Shown: one piece after another, positions 36,701-48,500 of the stretch
Layout of the letters: every line of letters begins with the position of its first letter
Position numbering within the stretch: position 1 is the first letter of the stretch
IMG/VR virus record: IMGVR_UViG_3300030397_000824
Coordinates: 37,047 to 101,046 of that record
DNA from: a virus
Strand: one strand, 5' to 3'
Length of the DNA: 64,000 bases
The notes under the pieces: generated by a model
What the model was told of the DNA's origin: nothing
Databases searched by the model: none
The model's input: the letters and a program-made list of their open reading frames with translations, nothing else
Translations under genes and position numbers: made by a program

Positions 36701-38334
36701 ATAGTGTTTGGACATGGCAGGATGGTCTTTATCAGGGTATTAGCGAATACTCTGTAGCAACCACCGGAACCAACACAACTGTTTCATATACGTCTCCTCC
36801 TGCGGCAGGCGTCGTTGTGTCTGTTGCCGTCCAGTTTAGTCCGACTCTGGTCAGTAGTAACACTTACGACTTTGGTGCATCGGATGGCATCACAACAAAT
36901 TATGTTCTTTCTGACGATACAAATGTAACCGATGATACCACACTCGTATTTCTTGATGGTGTGGCTCAGGCATCTTCTGCGTGGGCAAATGTATCGCCGT
37001 CATCATGGTCTGCGCCGGGAACCAACAATATCACCTTCGCAGTAGCGCCTGTCGCCAGCGTGGATGTTGCTATGTTCCATTGGCCCGGTGGTGTTGGTAC
37101 TGACCCGAACGCAACGGCTGGCCAGACCGGTCTTGGATTCGGTGGCGGAGAAATCACAGAATTGCCATTCGGAACTAACAACCTCGGTAACATATCAGTG
37201 CAATCACTACTGGTTTCTTACCTTGGGACCGATGTGCCGCTATTCGTCGAAGACACTATAAAAACACCAGACGGGTATGTTAACCCGAATGGTCTGGAAG
37301 TGCGTCCCGCTGATGTGGACAACAGTGGTTTTGCTGATAGTCCATTCATCTTCAAAGACATTGTTCTTCAGGATGGCTTCACCGATTTGGTTCTGTGGCG
37401 CGAAATTGAGGAATTCGGTTTTACAGTACTCGACCCGATTAGTTTAACAACCGGCCCACGGGGAACTTACGGATTATCGACCGGTAATGATATTGCCGAA
37501 GGTGAAGCCATCGATAATAGTGGATTTACCTCCGGTATCCCGGAACAAGTTCAGACCGCTCTGGATCAAACCCAATTCACCGTCCAAAATGGTGATATTC
37601 ATTATGACCTTGCGACGGATACTTGGTTGGTTGCGGACCTTCAAACCACGGTAACGTGGATTGCTGCTCCAGATCAAACCGCATTCAAACATTTGGTTGG
37701 TCGTAGTAACCTGAAATTCATGTGGTTGCATTATGCCCCAGACGCAGTTCGTATTGATCCATCCGTGTCGAACGTTATGGACGTTTATCTGTTGACCACA
37801 ACATACGATGACGCGTTCCGTACAGCACTCGACAACAATACTCCGGTTGCAGATTTACCAGCGGCACCAACGACAGAATCACTACGCATCGACTTTGCTG
37901 ACTTTGATGACTTCAAGGCGATGAGCGATGCACTGATTTACCATTCAGCACGTTACAAAATCTTGTTTGGTGAGCAAGCCGATACTGAATTACAGGCAAC
38001 ATTCAAAGTTGTCCAATCGGAAGGTTCTCTTCTCAGTGAAAATGATCTGAAGCTGAGAATCCTCGATGCTATTGATGTGTATTTCCAAGTTGATAACTGG
38101 GATTTCGGTGAAATATTCTATATGACCGAACTTCTGGCGTTCATCCACCAAGAATTGGCACCGAATATTCAGACAGTCGTGGCTGTTCCAAATGCGGATA
38201 CTGAGTCCTTCGGTCGGCTATTCCAGATTCGTTCCGAGCCCGATGAGCTATTCATTTCTGCTGCTAGCGCGGACGACATCGAGGTGGTTAATTCGTTCAC
38301 TGACGAAGAACTCCGAATCGGAATAATTTCGTAA
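33754..38334 (+). CDS. gp6: Baseplate wedge subunit gp6-like (1526 aa) with inserted beta-repeat region
   Basis: ENFL.TAERR.S..RLA, V.FGDG.FG.IP, QNRMITG.DY, C-terminal IDPS.SN..D.Y. Confidence 0.88.
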   Translation: MGVLQRQNTLFVSEDWVRIYEAIQNVDFRAYDFDNYVAALLDHLRDVFPEEFNDWIASSEFIMKVEVLAWLSQNISFRIDLNTRENFLATAERRDSLIRLAQNVSYKVSRVRGASGRVRVEAVRTTQSIFDSNNIDLQDREIRWNDPRNEDFFEQFILVMNAAFTGRTQFGRPLTRVTSGTTRAEQYVFNGRAPAAGSYTFTATVNGVSLPFDIINANLNKDTARSEEIAPNPENAYNVLYFTDGKGLASDGTGFFFEMRQGTMQFQEEEFVQPEVVRTVDIETQNINNDDFFVEQLDAQGVVEEVWEEVDTIFGESVSFLPTDTTGFIDEGSDNTGNQATGNARRVYELDTLENDRVRVRFGDGSFGEIPLGRFRFWYRTSNPQPQLVTTSDIGEQSFTIPYESDGTIYFLTVTVSLKEDIGNAASSETNFSIRTRANQVFYTQNRMITGRDYNAFFLRDNAIRKVKSVNRTFSGQSRFAKLHDPTGLYENLKIVASDGRFYQERITGVNFASADTSILTNPLLIQNVIEPQLAEANKEQLYFNDYPEQFFPTTHFWFEDSVVNQESRGRIVETVDAAGTSIAVGDATVAIPARYILTDSVLRLDNPRGATVRVERVTDDTGSSADSIILERNINDDIRIVSVFPPFRDKFTEAEKVLIEQQLELKLDFGLSWIQDTQTWSIILAENLDKQESGGDFSLVNQGDTSGLNLDQSWMVYLEFVPGGTDEDQWRVVDRGLGVFFESDRENDFYFAGNEPVVDPETGQVNSDTILILESNESRDSLRRRNITNLNITPIIQCDVFCYQFIGDGATTQFTTSENPLSPTVTITVDDVLQLNGIDFNIISQVSGDIIEFVVPPADGADILVCISLNDILRTTTTRVFIDVQGDGATDTYDLGVESPVQAENLFVFIDGVYQRPFIDYSTTTLINNNAAILLTSTLPSGANMFVYGLGGISEPLFGRFDFVADGVLTDFTVAVGNQTDDSVWTWQDGLYQGISEYSVATTGTNTTVSYTSPPAAGVVVSVAVQFSPTLVSSNTYDFGASDGITTNYVLSDDTNVTDDTTLVFLDGVAQASSAWANVSPSSWSAPGTNNITFAVAPVASVDVAMFHWPGGVGTDPNATAGQTGLGFGGGEITELPFGTNNLGNISVQSLLVSYLGTDVPLFVEDTIKTPDGYVNPNGLEVRPADVDNSGFADSPFIFKDIVLQDGFTDLVLWREIEEFGFTVLDPISLTTGPRGTYGLSTGNDIAEGEAIDNSGFTSGIPEQVQTALDQTQFTVQNGDIHYDLATDTWLVADLQTTVTWIAAPDQTAFKHLVGRSNLKFMWLHYAPDAVRIDPSVSNVMDVYLLTTTYDDAFRTALDNNTPVADLPAAPTTESLRIDFADFDDFKAMSDALIYHSARYKILFGEQADTELQATFKVVQSEGSLLSENDLKLRILDAIDVYFQVDNWDFGEIFYMTELLAFIHQELAPNIQTVVAVPNADTESFGRLFQIRSEPDELFISAASADDIEVVNSFTDEELRIGIIS

Positions 38335-38757
38335 TCATCGTTCAAATGTTCTTTTACGGTCACCACCCTTCTCGCAGGGGTGGTGACCGTATTTGTAAAA
38401 ATACTTCTTTGCACGAACGAACTTCCCTTTAACCCAGAATCCAAACTCTCTTTTTTCTGGTCCGCAAAGTAAAATAGTCCAACACGGTTCGTCGATGACG
38501 ACAGTGTGGCGATGGAGTGCCGGACGGTAGGCGAAAGACCATCGAGGGCGGAATACGGTTTCATCTTTACCGAGATCGGTGTAGCTACCTGAGATTACCC
38601 AACTGATAAACCACCATGGGTGGTCGTGTTTGTAGAGATCATCATCAGAGGAGAACCAATGATGTATGCGGATGGAAAAGAAGTAAAAATCAAAAACCCA
38701 ACGCTCCATGTAGGGGCATTCGGTTAAACCAAGTTGTTCTTTCTATGTAAATTTCAT
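38335..38757 (-). pseudogene. Cupin-like (HDHPW family) gene with in-frame TAG at codon 5; readthrough candidate or pseudogene
   Basis: AGGA RBS + ATG AAA TTT ACA TAG AAA GAA... in frame with MERW...HDHPW...HRH ORF; downstream ATG 38709 lacks an RBS. Confidence 0.6.
38355..38395 (+). terminator. 14-bp hairpin, probable terminator of gp25-gp6 operon
   Basis: TACGGTCACCACCC/GGGTGGTGACCGTA then TTTG, 20 nt after gp6 stop; lies inside antisense cupin CDS. Confidence 0.6.
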
Positions 38758-38773
38758 GTTAGTTCCTGAAAAG

Positions 38774-39018
38774 TGGGTACCCGGGGATGGATTCCAACCA
38801 CCGACACATGCTACGTGGTAGACCTTTGTCCCATTCCCCCTCCCGTTCAATTCCATCCATCGTCCTTCCCGTATGCATCGGCGGGATTTCTGTTGGACAG
38901 CTTAATAGGGCTGAGTCCGGTAAGATTGAGCGGTAACTTTCACAGTGTACATCCGTTACGGCACCACTTCTCAATCAGTATCTACAAGCACTGCTCTGGG
39001 CTACTGAGCTACCCGGGC
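38774..39018 (-). ncRNA. tRNA-shaped RNA with 174-nt insertion replacing the anticodon loop
   Basis: Acceptor GCCCGGG/CCCGGGT, D-stem GCTC/GAGC, stem GTGCT/AGCAT, variable GTGTC, T-arm GGTGG-TTGGAAT-CCATC, ACCCA end; C19-G56 swap. Confidence 0.8.
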
Positions 39019-39034
39019 ATAACTGTATTCTGTA

Positions 39035-39063
39035 ATTATGGTTTCACTGATTCAAAATGTCAA
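39035..39063 (-). promoter_or_regulatory. Promoter of the tRNA-like RNA
   Basis: TTGACA-N17-CATAAT, 16 nt upstream of G1. Confidence 0.75.
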
Positions 39064-39434
39064 TGTTTCTTTGGAATAAATTCAACCTCGCGAATCGAAT
39101 CGAAAACAATATAGGTCTCAAACAATGATTTGGGGATTTCGTTGCATGCTAACTGAAGTGGATGTTTCTCGTCGCAGAGTTCGGTAACGTCGAGATGGCC
39201 AACAGCGCCCCATGCGTTCTGTGAATTCAAATCATTTCCGTCATCCCAGAAATCAACAGAAATGGTTTTCCGTGAATATCCTCCATCTTTCCTCAAGTGT
39301 ACCGTAAGAGTACCAAGGGAAGGTAATCCGTCCTTTATGTTGTGGGTTATTCTTGCTATGCCCCGTTTTGGCCAACCACAGGTATAGTCTGGCTCCACAC
39401 CCACATCTTCGATGACGATAAAAGTTTCAAACAT
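39060..39434 (-). CDS. Hypothetical protein, probably leaderless
   Basis: Start moved to ATG 39434, 6 nt after a -10 box. Confidence 0.65.
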   Translation of the reverse strand: MFETFIVIEDVGVEPDYTCGWPKRGIARITHNIKDGLPSLGTLTVHLRKDGGYSRKTISVDFWDDGNDLNSQNAWGAVGHLDVTELCDEKHPLQLACNEIPKSLFETYIVFDSIREVEFIPKKH

Positions 39435-39440
39435 ATGGCG

Positions 39441-39469
39441 ATAATATTCAATATTATGGAACAAGTCAA
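39441..39469 (-). promoter_or_regulatory. sigma70-type promoter (leaderless geometry)
   Basis: TTGACT-N17-TATTAT-N6-ATG. Confidence 0.7.
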
Positions 39470-39534
39470 TAAGGTGGATTTTCGTCAGGAAAGTGATTAC
39501 CTTAATCATGTGGTTATTCGTCGTGAGCGAGGGG

Positions 39535-39540
39535 TAAATA
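39535..39540 (+). promoter_or_regulatory. Late promoter
   Basis: GTAAATAA upstream of 3385-aa gene. Confidence 0.6.
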
Positions 39541-39568
39541 ACCGATGAATCTAGGACATTAATAATCC

Positions 39569-42500
39569 ATGGCAAAAGAACGCAGAGCCTTTAACAACTA
39601 TCCTGATAGTCTTCGAACCCGGCAGAACAATCAAGAGACATTCATTGCGGATGATCCCTCGTTTGAGCCGGAACAAGCGGATTTCCTGAATGGCTTCATT
39701 GGTGATACCTCCGTCCTCACTGCCGAGGATTTGGAGCGCACACCCCCTATTCTTGAGGGCACTGCCGAGCGTCAGAAATATCAACTGGCGGTTGGTGCAA
39801 CGTTTATTAATCCTGATACCCAAGAGCGCGAAAGCATTGCGTCTTACACTGACCTTACTAATCAAATTGAGGCAAATGGTGGCGACGTAAGCGACCCAAA
39901 CCGTGTCTTTGCCGTAGATTTCTATGCTTGGACCCCACCAATTGATTACGACAAACACATCAATTTTTCCCGTTACCTATGGTTGGGCGCTGGAACGGCG
40001 GATGTGCAGGGTGAGTATGTTACCAAAGAGATTTCTCACTCGAAGACAGTAATTCATGAATGGGACGGTGTCACATTAACTGCTCATGCCGCCCTCATCG
40101 AAAATGGCCTACCGGCAATCATGCCAGCAGGAACATACGTCGAGGATGCCAGTACTATTCAGCGATTGGTCTACCGTTCCGACGGTGTATCATGGCAATT
40201 ACTGAATCTCGAAGTTGTCTCGGATGTTCCTACAGATTTCTCGGAATCCCCAGTCCCCGCATATTTTTATGTGGCACGCACGGGTCCAGATTACCAACGA
40301 CCAGTCGTTTGGAAATACAGTGACGGGGCCGGACGATGGATTCCAATGCCGGTAGTGGTCAATCCCGAGACTCCAGAAACTCCGCGTACTGGAATGATCT
40401 GGGAAGACAGCCGACTCGCTGGTGAGCGTGTTCTAAAATTCTTTAGCAATGGTGCATTTCAAAACCTCACATACACTGCAACTGACGGTCCTCCCGGAAC
40501 GGTCGGAACAGATGGGGAATTCATATACGATATTCGTGAATATGAAACGTTGACGGATGAGTGGTCACGAAATAACTGGTGGAAGCATCAGGAAGATTTG
40601 TCTCCAGCAGACCGCACCGCAACCAACAACGAAGATCAAGCCATCCGACCTATTCTAGAATTCTGGGATGGTATTGAATCGGTTGCCGGTGATATCAAGG
40701 ACTCGCGAAATGATAGTCCGGTATACAAGAAGTATGCAATTGATACCACCACTTCCGAGGGCTTTGATACTGGCGAATCGACCACCATTTTTGAATATGA
40801 GCGGGGAACCGGATTGGATGATCCTGTTTTGGGATTTCCTCTTACTTTCAACTCGTCTGGTGAATTTGTCTTCACCCTGACACTGGAAGATGATCCGTCT
40901 TCTGCGATTGGATACCACTATTTCTTAGATACCAATACTGGATTGTTGCATAGCATCTGGCACAAGTCGGATGTGTTGACCGAACAGTCCGTCGATGCCA
41001 ATGGATTGTATGATGTTCCTGTTAGCATCTCATCCAATGCTGACCATGATATCCTAACCACGGCGTCACGCTCCAGAATGCTCCGTCACATGACGAGTGT
41101 TATTGGTGCTCAAGTAGGCTTTGAGGGCTCGCTGACGGGCCAGAACTCGTATCGATGGACGGATCGCAGTCCTACCCTTGGTGCAACCATAATCGACGCT
41201 GAGGAGACATTGCTGCGCACACTAGGAACGTTGCAGGACGTTCGGTTGAATTTCCCTGATGCAATCCGGCGTGAGGCAAAAGATTACAACAAGGTTTTGT
41301 TCCGATTCACCAACAAGTTGAATCAATTGTGGGACAACCTGTCGTTCACAAATGGTAACGGGTCTCTATACCCGGGATTGACTGCTAGCGAAGCGTGTGA
41401 TGCGGTTTTGACATCTATCTTCATGGGCCGAACGGAAGATTTCCCGTACTTCAATTCTGATATGGGAACGTTCATCGAGACCATCGTAACAACTGGAACA
41501 GCCACGGTTCTTGATCCGAATGCGAAACCAATTTTTATTCCACCATCACCACCGCGTGTTGGTGCATCGCCCACATTTACTCCGCGCTCGTATGAACAGC
41601 GCAGCGGACAAACTGTACTGCTTGGTCACGAAGGAACTCTCATTCCATCATTTGCTGACGAACGAGATTTGATTTGGTTGGAATTCCAAACGCGTCTCTT
41701 TAATGCAGTTCCGGATAATTTCAAGGTCGAGGATTCTACATTCTCAGCCCGTTTCAACAAGGCAGGTCTGACACTAACGGACCATTATGGAAATTATATT
41801 CCTCCGACCTCTATCGAACCGGTTGATGATGTGGTTACAGACTTCAATGCTGTTGTCGGTCCAGTTGACGGATTCCGTGTATTCTCTACAGATACGGCGG
41901 TCTTTGCTGTTTTCAGTGGTGGCCAATGGCTGACTCGCGCTGCAATTGTTGATGACATTTTCCTGAATAACGCAGATAGTGAATACTACATCTATAATGG
42001 ACTCGGAACATTCTTGATTGATCGTTGGGATCGACCATTTTCTTTTGAGTACTCTACAAATGAATTCAGACAAATCATCCGGCGCGATTTTGAAAGATTC
42101 ATCGTCTTCCGGGAACAGGATTTCAGTGAAAATACCACATTCGATGATACCGACCCCTTCACTTGGAACTATCGTTCCGCAGGCGTGGAAGGACATTATG
42201 TCGGAATCTACAATCGTGTATACAATACATCACGGCCTCACAGTTCACCTTGGGAAGTCATGGGTTATTCTGTTGAGCCAGACTGGTGGCGTACTCAGTA
42301 TGTTCCCGACAGCACTGCTGCCGATGGATCGCCACGCTATGGTTCCGGCCATGGCATGTGGACAGATTTCTCGGGCGGTATCGTCGCTCATCCAACTGGA
42401 TCAATCCAAAACGATCAATTCATCATGGCGGGTCCGATTCCAGTCGATGCCACAGGAGAACTCTTAGACCCTATTGCCGCTGGTGTTGTTGATGAAACAA

Positions 42501-45500
42501 AACTCGACCAACAGAGAATTGACGACATTTGGATATTTGGTGATGGTGCCGAGGCTGAACAAGAATTCCTGAATAGTTCGTTTTACGCGTTTTCGGTAGC
42601 TCTCGCTGGATACTTGATGAAGAACGGTCAGTGGACGGACACCCTATGGGTATCCAATCGTGTACCTGTTGGTGAAACGGGAGCATTCCCGGTATTCAAT
42701 GCACCACATATTGTAAATGGAGACACACTGACACGTCCTGCTATTAGTTCACGTCCAATTCACTTGGAGATTATCGATGGCGTCACTCAAGTTAACCTCG
42801 GTGTGCATGCTTGGATATCCGAAAAGATTAATGTCGAAGGAAGTAGTGTAACTGAAGATTTCGCACGTGTTGTTAAAAATACTTCGCCTGCGCTCGTATG
42901 GAAGTGCTCTGGTTATATCAACGAATCCCGTACTGTCATTTCCACGCTTTCCCGTTCCGAAATTCCGTTCAGTGATGTCCATGTAATATTGCATAAATCA
43001 CAACCGATTTCTCAGAACTTTGCGTCTGGTGTGTTGGTTGCCCGTGAAGCCACTGGTGTTGGTTACCGCGTGTTTGGATTCGACCCATTCGACCCATTCT
43101 TCACAATTGAACGCTCGGCCATTCCGATTGCTGGTGGACAGGTTCTCCTCGAAGAATCGTTTACTGTAGAATACACGGACAGTGATGAATACAACGTCAC
43201 TGGTGGCTCGGTATTTCCGAATAAGAAACTCCAACACACTTTTGAAGTAAGTGAGTTCCGTTTGCCTTCCAAAACAACGTCTCAGGATACTGCAATTCTG
43301 GCTGTGTTGGTTAACGGATCACGCATGAAGTCTCAGCACATCACTGTTGATAACAAAGCCAACACTGTAACCATCGAAGACATCGTTGAATTAATGGAAG
43401 GTGACTCGGTTGTTGTGCAAGTATTGACAACACAATCATCGTCTACTACACAAATTCGTCAGTTTGTTGTCAACAATGTGACGTTCCCTTACTTCGCATC
43501 CGGAACTGGAGAATTCGAACGAATCGAATATGGTCGCTTCTTCGAGACTTCCACCGAAGTTATTAATTTCATGATAGGTTACGGTCGTTTTCTGGAAGCA
43601 CAGGGTTGGGTATTTGATACATTATCTGAAGGCGGTGCGACCCGAGACTGGTTGTTGGGTGCCAAAAGGTTTGCACGATGGGTTCTCGACTTGGAGAGTA
43701 TTTGGAACCCGAATTCCCAAGTTGATATTCTCGACGAAGGAACGTTCTACTACAGCCCGATGCAAGACGAAGCACAGTTCGTTTCTCCGTTCGGTCAAAC
43801 GACCAGCGTAGAGACCATCATGAATGGTGCATACGGGCTTTTGAATCGGAATGCGGAACCAATTGATTCGGATGGAACCACTGTATCCAGAATTGATGAC
43901 CGTGTAGAAATCACACGCACCGACACTAACGACGACCAAACCGAAATTTTCGGTGTCCGTGTTAATCTCATTGAAGCCGAACACGTTGTTGTGTTTTCCA
44001 ACACAACCCGCTTCGACGATGTAATCTATGACCCGATCAGCGGTCTTGCACAAACAACTTTGGTTGTCGATTCGTACCGCACGTTGAACTGGCAGGGTCG
44101 TTTGGAGGCCGATGGTTATATTCTGAGCGGTGGTTCTATTTTGCCTAACTTCGAGAAGCAGGCATTTGACTTCACCCGTTTCTACGACCGCTTCAACACT
44201 GTTGATGATCCAACCAAACGAGAATTGGCGCGAGATTTGTACGGCTATGTTCCGGCAAATCAAACGCGTTCCTTCTCGAATGATTTGACGCGAACCCCAA
44301 GTATTGACCGTCGAGTATCATCTGATAGCTCGCAGTACATGGTTCCTGCTGGTGCGGCAGACAGAACGCGCTTCGATTATTATCGAGGAATGATTCAAGC
44401 CAAGGGTACTAACCGTGCTATCTACGCGTTTACCCGTGGTACCACAATCGGTCGTGATAATTTCACAATTAATGAAGATTGGGCATGGAAAGTTGGACCA
44501 GATCGCTTCGGTGATACCCGTCGTGAAGTGATTCGACTCAGCGTAGGCCGTCAAGATTTCCGTGATGAGGTACAGGTATTTAATTTCGGAAACCCTGTTG
44601 ACGCTCGAAATAATACCGTTGAAGTTCAGGATTTTGACCGAACTGATCCTGATGCAAATACCCAATGGATATTGCCTCCGTCGTCCAGTAGTGTTGATGA
44701 TACGAGTAACCTAGAATTTCCGATTGACCGTGACACGGGTCTGGTGGATGTTGATCAATTTGATTACTTTGCCAAGCTTTATGACGTTGATGACAACTTC
44801 ACGTTGTTAAGTCACGTTCAGTATGACCCACAGTTGGAGAAATTCGATACTGGTGCAACATGCTTGGTTGATTTCTTTAACACATTCGATCCTGCACGTT
44901 ACAATGCTGGACCTGATGCTGCATTTTCAAATGACCGGTGTTGGGGTCAGGAACAGGTTGGTTCTCTGTGGTGGAATCCCGGAAGAAAGGCATACGTAGC
45001 GTACCGTGATCTGTTGCCTGAATATGAAGATGCTGCAAAATATTGGGGTGATCTGTTATTCTATAAGGCTGCGATAGAGCGCCCGGATAACGATGACAGA
45101 ACGGTTATTACTGTTTACGATTTTCTGGACACAACGAGAACAACACCGATTCCTCACGGGGTAACCATTGGTGAATCGATATCCATCTCGATTCGCAAGT
45201 GTGACCAGACTGAATACAATTTGACCAACGTCGAAGTAACAGCGATTTCCACCACCGAGTTGGAATTCGAAATCGAGTCTAGCCCGGACACCCCGGCCAC
45301 TGGAGACCCGGAAGCCGTTATCGGACACATTGATGTATACGAGTGGGTAGAATCTCCAGTATTGCCAGAAGAGTGGGAAGAGTTTGTTGAGGGTCTGAAT
45401 GATCCGAATCATCCTAATGGCACGCCATTGAATGTTGATAATCCATCGTATGTTGAATTAACCATACGTAATGATGACAACGTTCAAACAACGACTTACT

Positions 45501-48500
45501 TCTTCTGGGTTCTGAACAGCACTGGTGATAATGGTCGCAACAAAGACCTAACCGCTGCACAAATTGCGTCTCGGATTGCTGATCCAATTACAAATCAAGT
45601 TCCGTGGTTCGCTCCCGTTGATGCCAACAACATGGTCATCTTTACTGATGGCGAAAAGGTAGAAGACGGGTATGGTTTGGAAATAGCCATTGATAGCCGA
45701 TTCCTTCAGACACACGGTGCCTTTGTTCTGTTCTCCCAAGGAAGTGAATTCTTCTCTGTCCCCGAAGAGATAGTTGAAAAAATGGCCGACTGCCTTGCGC
45801 AGATCGATGGTAAAGGAAATACTGTTCCGTCTCCACTACTCGCGGAATCTGAAAAGTTTGGTTCGTGCTTCTTCCCGATTCAAACAGTATTTGCGGATGT
45901 TCCTTCTGCTGTTGATGTATATGTCAGTTCAATAAATCGAATTTTCCGAAGAAAGAATCTTTCGGACGTAGACATCCTAACCGGTATCTTCAAACTGGAC
46001 GACGAATTTGATGCAACGACAAATCCTGATGGATACTGGCAGCGTACCGCATTCGTCGAGAGAAGTGTTGAAGACCAAGAAGTATACGAGACCGTACAAA
46101 CCATAACAGAACGGGATCGTCGTTTGTCGCTCAGCTTATATGCCGAGGGCGATGTTGTTCGTGTCATAGAATCCGGACAAACCGATGCGTGGACAGGAAG
46201 TGAAACTCCAGCTAATTACCAACTTAGGGATGGTGGATTCGTGTTGGTTGGAATTGATAACAACACAGCCATCATCAATAGCAATATTGTGACTGATGCG
46301 GATCGATTCCGTGGTTCGGCAGGACAGGTTGCTGGTGCGCTGTTTTTCTTGATCTACGATGTCCTAGAAAAACTCGAACAGAATGACTTGATTTACTCAC
46401 TGTTGCACGAAATGAAAGTGCAACACCCGGACCCACGTTGTGATTGGTTCTTCAAGACTTCGTACATTACCACCACCGTTCAAACAACGACGGATAATTC
46501 TCCGTTCGTGCGTCCGGATGAGGTGGGAGCGATCCGCGACAATATTCTAAACACCAAACCATATCGCACTAAATTCCGTGGTGATGTGAATGCGGTTGCC
46601 GCTGCTGAAATTGAGCCATTTGAAACAAACATCATAGAATTCCCGGACAAGAAAGTCACTTTGATTTTGGATCGTCTTTCATGTAATGGATTGGACGATT
46701 GTGGTTGGGACACATTTGCTTGGGATGCCCGTGCTCTTCCGTGCTCAGTATGGGATAAACCATTCTGGGATTACGATGATTTGGGACGCGAAGAATACTA
46801 CCTACTTCAGACACTACAGGGTGACGGAAGTACGAGTCAATTCGTTGTCGATGCGCTTTTTGATCCAACCCTGTATCAAATCCGCACCGTGGTCAAACAA
46901 AACGGTGTCGAAATTGATGCTGACTATGTGGTAGTAACGACGAGCCATACACAAATATTCGTAGATACGACGTTTTCTTTGGCTTCGACGATGACGGTCG
47001 AGGTATACCAGTCACAAGGATTTTATCAGGATACTGATCCGACATTCATTGGTACTACATTAGATGACTCGTTGTTCCAGCCAGCGCCAAGTGATTACGA
47101 GCATGCGGTGATTCGTGCCAATGTTCCGCCGACCGAATTCTACACAGTCGTTGGTGGAGATGGAAACACATTTTCTACTTCTTCCGGCCCGTGGATTGAA
47201 TTGTACTTGAACGGAACGAAGCAAGAACCACAGGTGGATTACGTCTACAACTTCGATTATGAAAACTCTGTGTTCGGGGCAACATTTACAGTTGCGCCAA
47301 CCCCGGGAGATGAAATCGCCTATGTATTCATTCGTGGATGTTTTGATATTAATGACCCAATGGGTGGACGCCCAGAAGAACGTATCGTCACGGAAGTATT
47401 AGATAGCGTTAATATCTGTGTTATTAACGATTTTACTGATGCGTATCTCGGTTGGGATACAACGCCATGGGACACCACTGCATGGGATCAAGCACCACTC
47501 AATGTTGGACGCCGAGTATTCCTGATTAGCGTTGGTAATCAAGAAGAAACACCACCGGGAATGGAATTCTTTGACACGTCCGAGGACATAGTAGTTGTTG
47601 ACCCAACGTTGATTATGGGTACGAGTCCGATGTCTTACGAGATCGTGTCTGTTGAACTACAAAAGGGCGGAATTGGTGTATTTTCTCCAATCACCGAAGG
47701 TGTTGAATTCGGTTTTGTTGGAACATTCAATAATGCGATTTCGTCATTGATGCCGGAGCAACAGGATTTCATTGCGGATGGTGTTGATTTCGTTTTCACC
47801 ACCACAGCAGGAACAGAAATTGCTTACGTCTTCTTGGATGGTCATCTCAAGACCGAGGGTGTGGATTACACGCTGGATGGAACACGTACTATCATCACGT
47901 GGATACAACCAGCACCGGTTATCAGCCCGAACAACGCAACAGTTTTTGGTGTAGGTTACATTGGTGACAATTTCACCACTGATTATGAAATTGGACACGC
48001 CGACAATTCTTTGACTGAAGAAAACATTTTTGTTTTCCAGAATGCCGACTTGGTTGATCTTGCCGACTACTCGGTTGTTCCCGGAGTGATAGATGTTCGA
48101 TTTGATACTGCACCGTTAATTGATGATGAACTTATTTTCTTCTCATTGGGTAACGCGTTTGCAGATGATTCCGCCGCATTCAATATCGACAACTACACGG
48201 CTGGCGCAGCACAAACCATCTTCGTCACAACTTCGGGTGGATTTGCTACATCAGAATCAACATGGGTATTTGTCGATGGTAGATACCAAATTGAAGGTAC
48301 GGATTACATGGTAACCGGAATTGATGAGGTCACGTTTGTTGTACCACTGGCTGGTGGTGAGGCAGTTGAGATTCGCATCGTCAATCGAGGTGTAACCGAT
48401 ATGGAACACATCGTATTTGCATCTACTGCTACAAATGGTGCGCCGACTGATGTTATTCCGGGCTTGGGTGATGCACAGATTATTGAGCGTGTTCTTATTT

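Noticed and set aside
38813-38986. Group I or bulge-helix-bulge intron in the tRNA-like gene
   Set aside because: No recognisable P/Q/R/S cores, shorter than typical minimal group I introns, and no U-down/G-end or 37/38 excision yields a Y32-U33 loop; not excluded without a covariance search
38774-39018. Canonical tmRNA
   Set aside because: Lacks G3.U70, has a full D-stem, and no frame ends in a hydrophobic degron-like tag (TAA in a hairpin loop closes ...YRTQPY)
39435-39958. Long N-terminus of the 39060 ORF and the 39551-39958 ORF
   Set aside because: Overlap promoters and the giant structural gene; a better start exists at 39434
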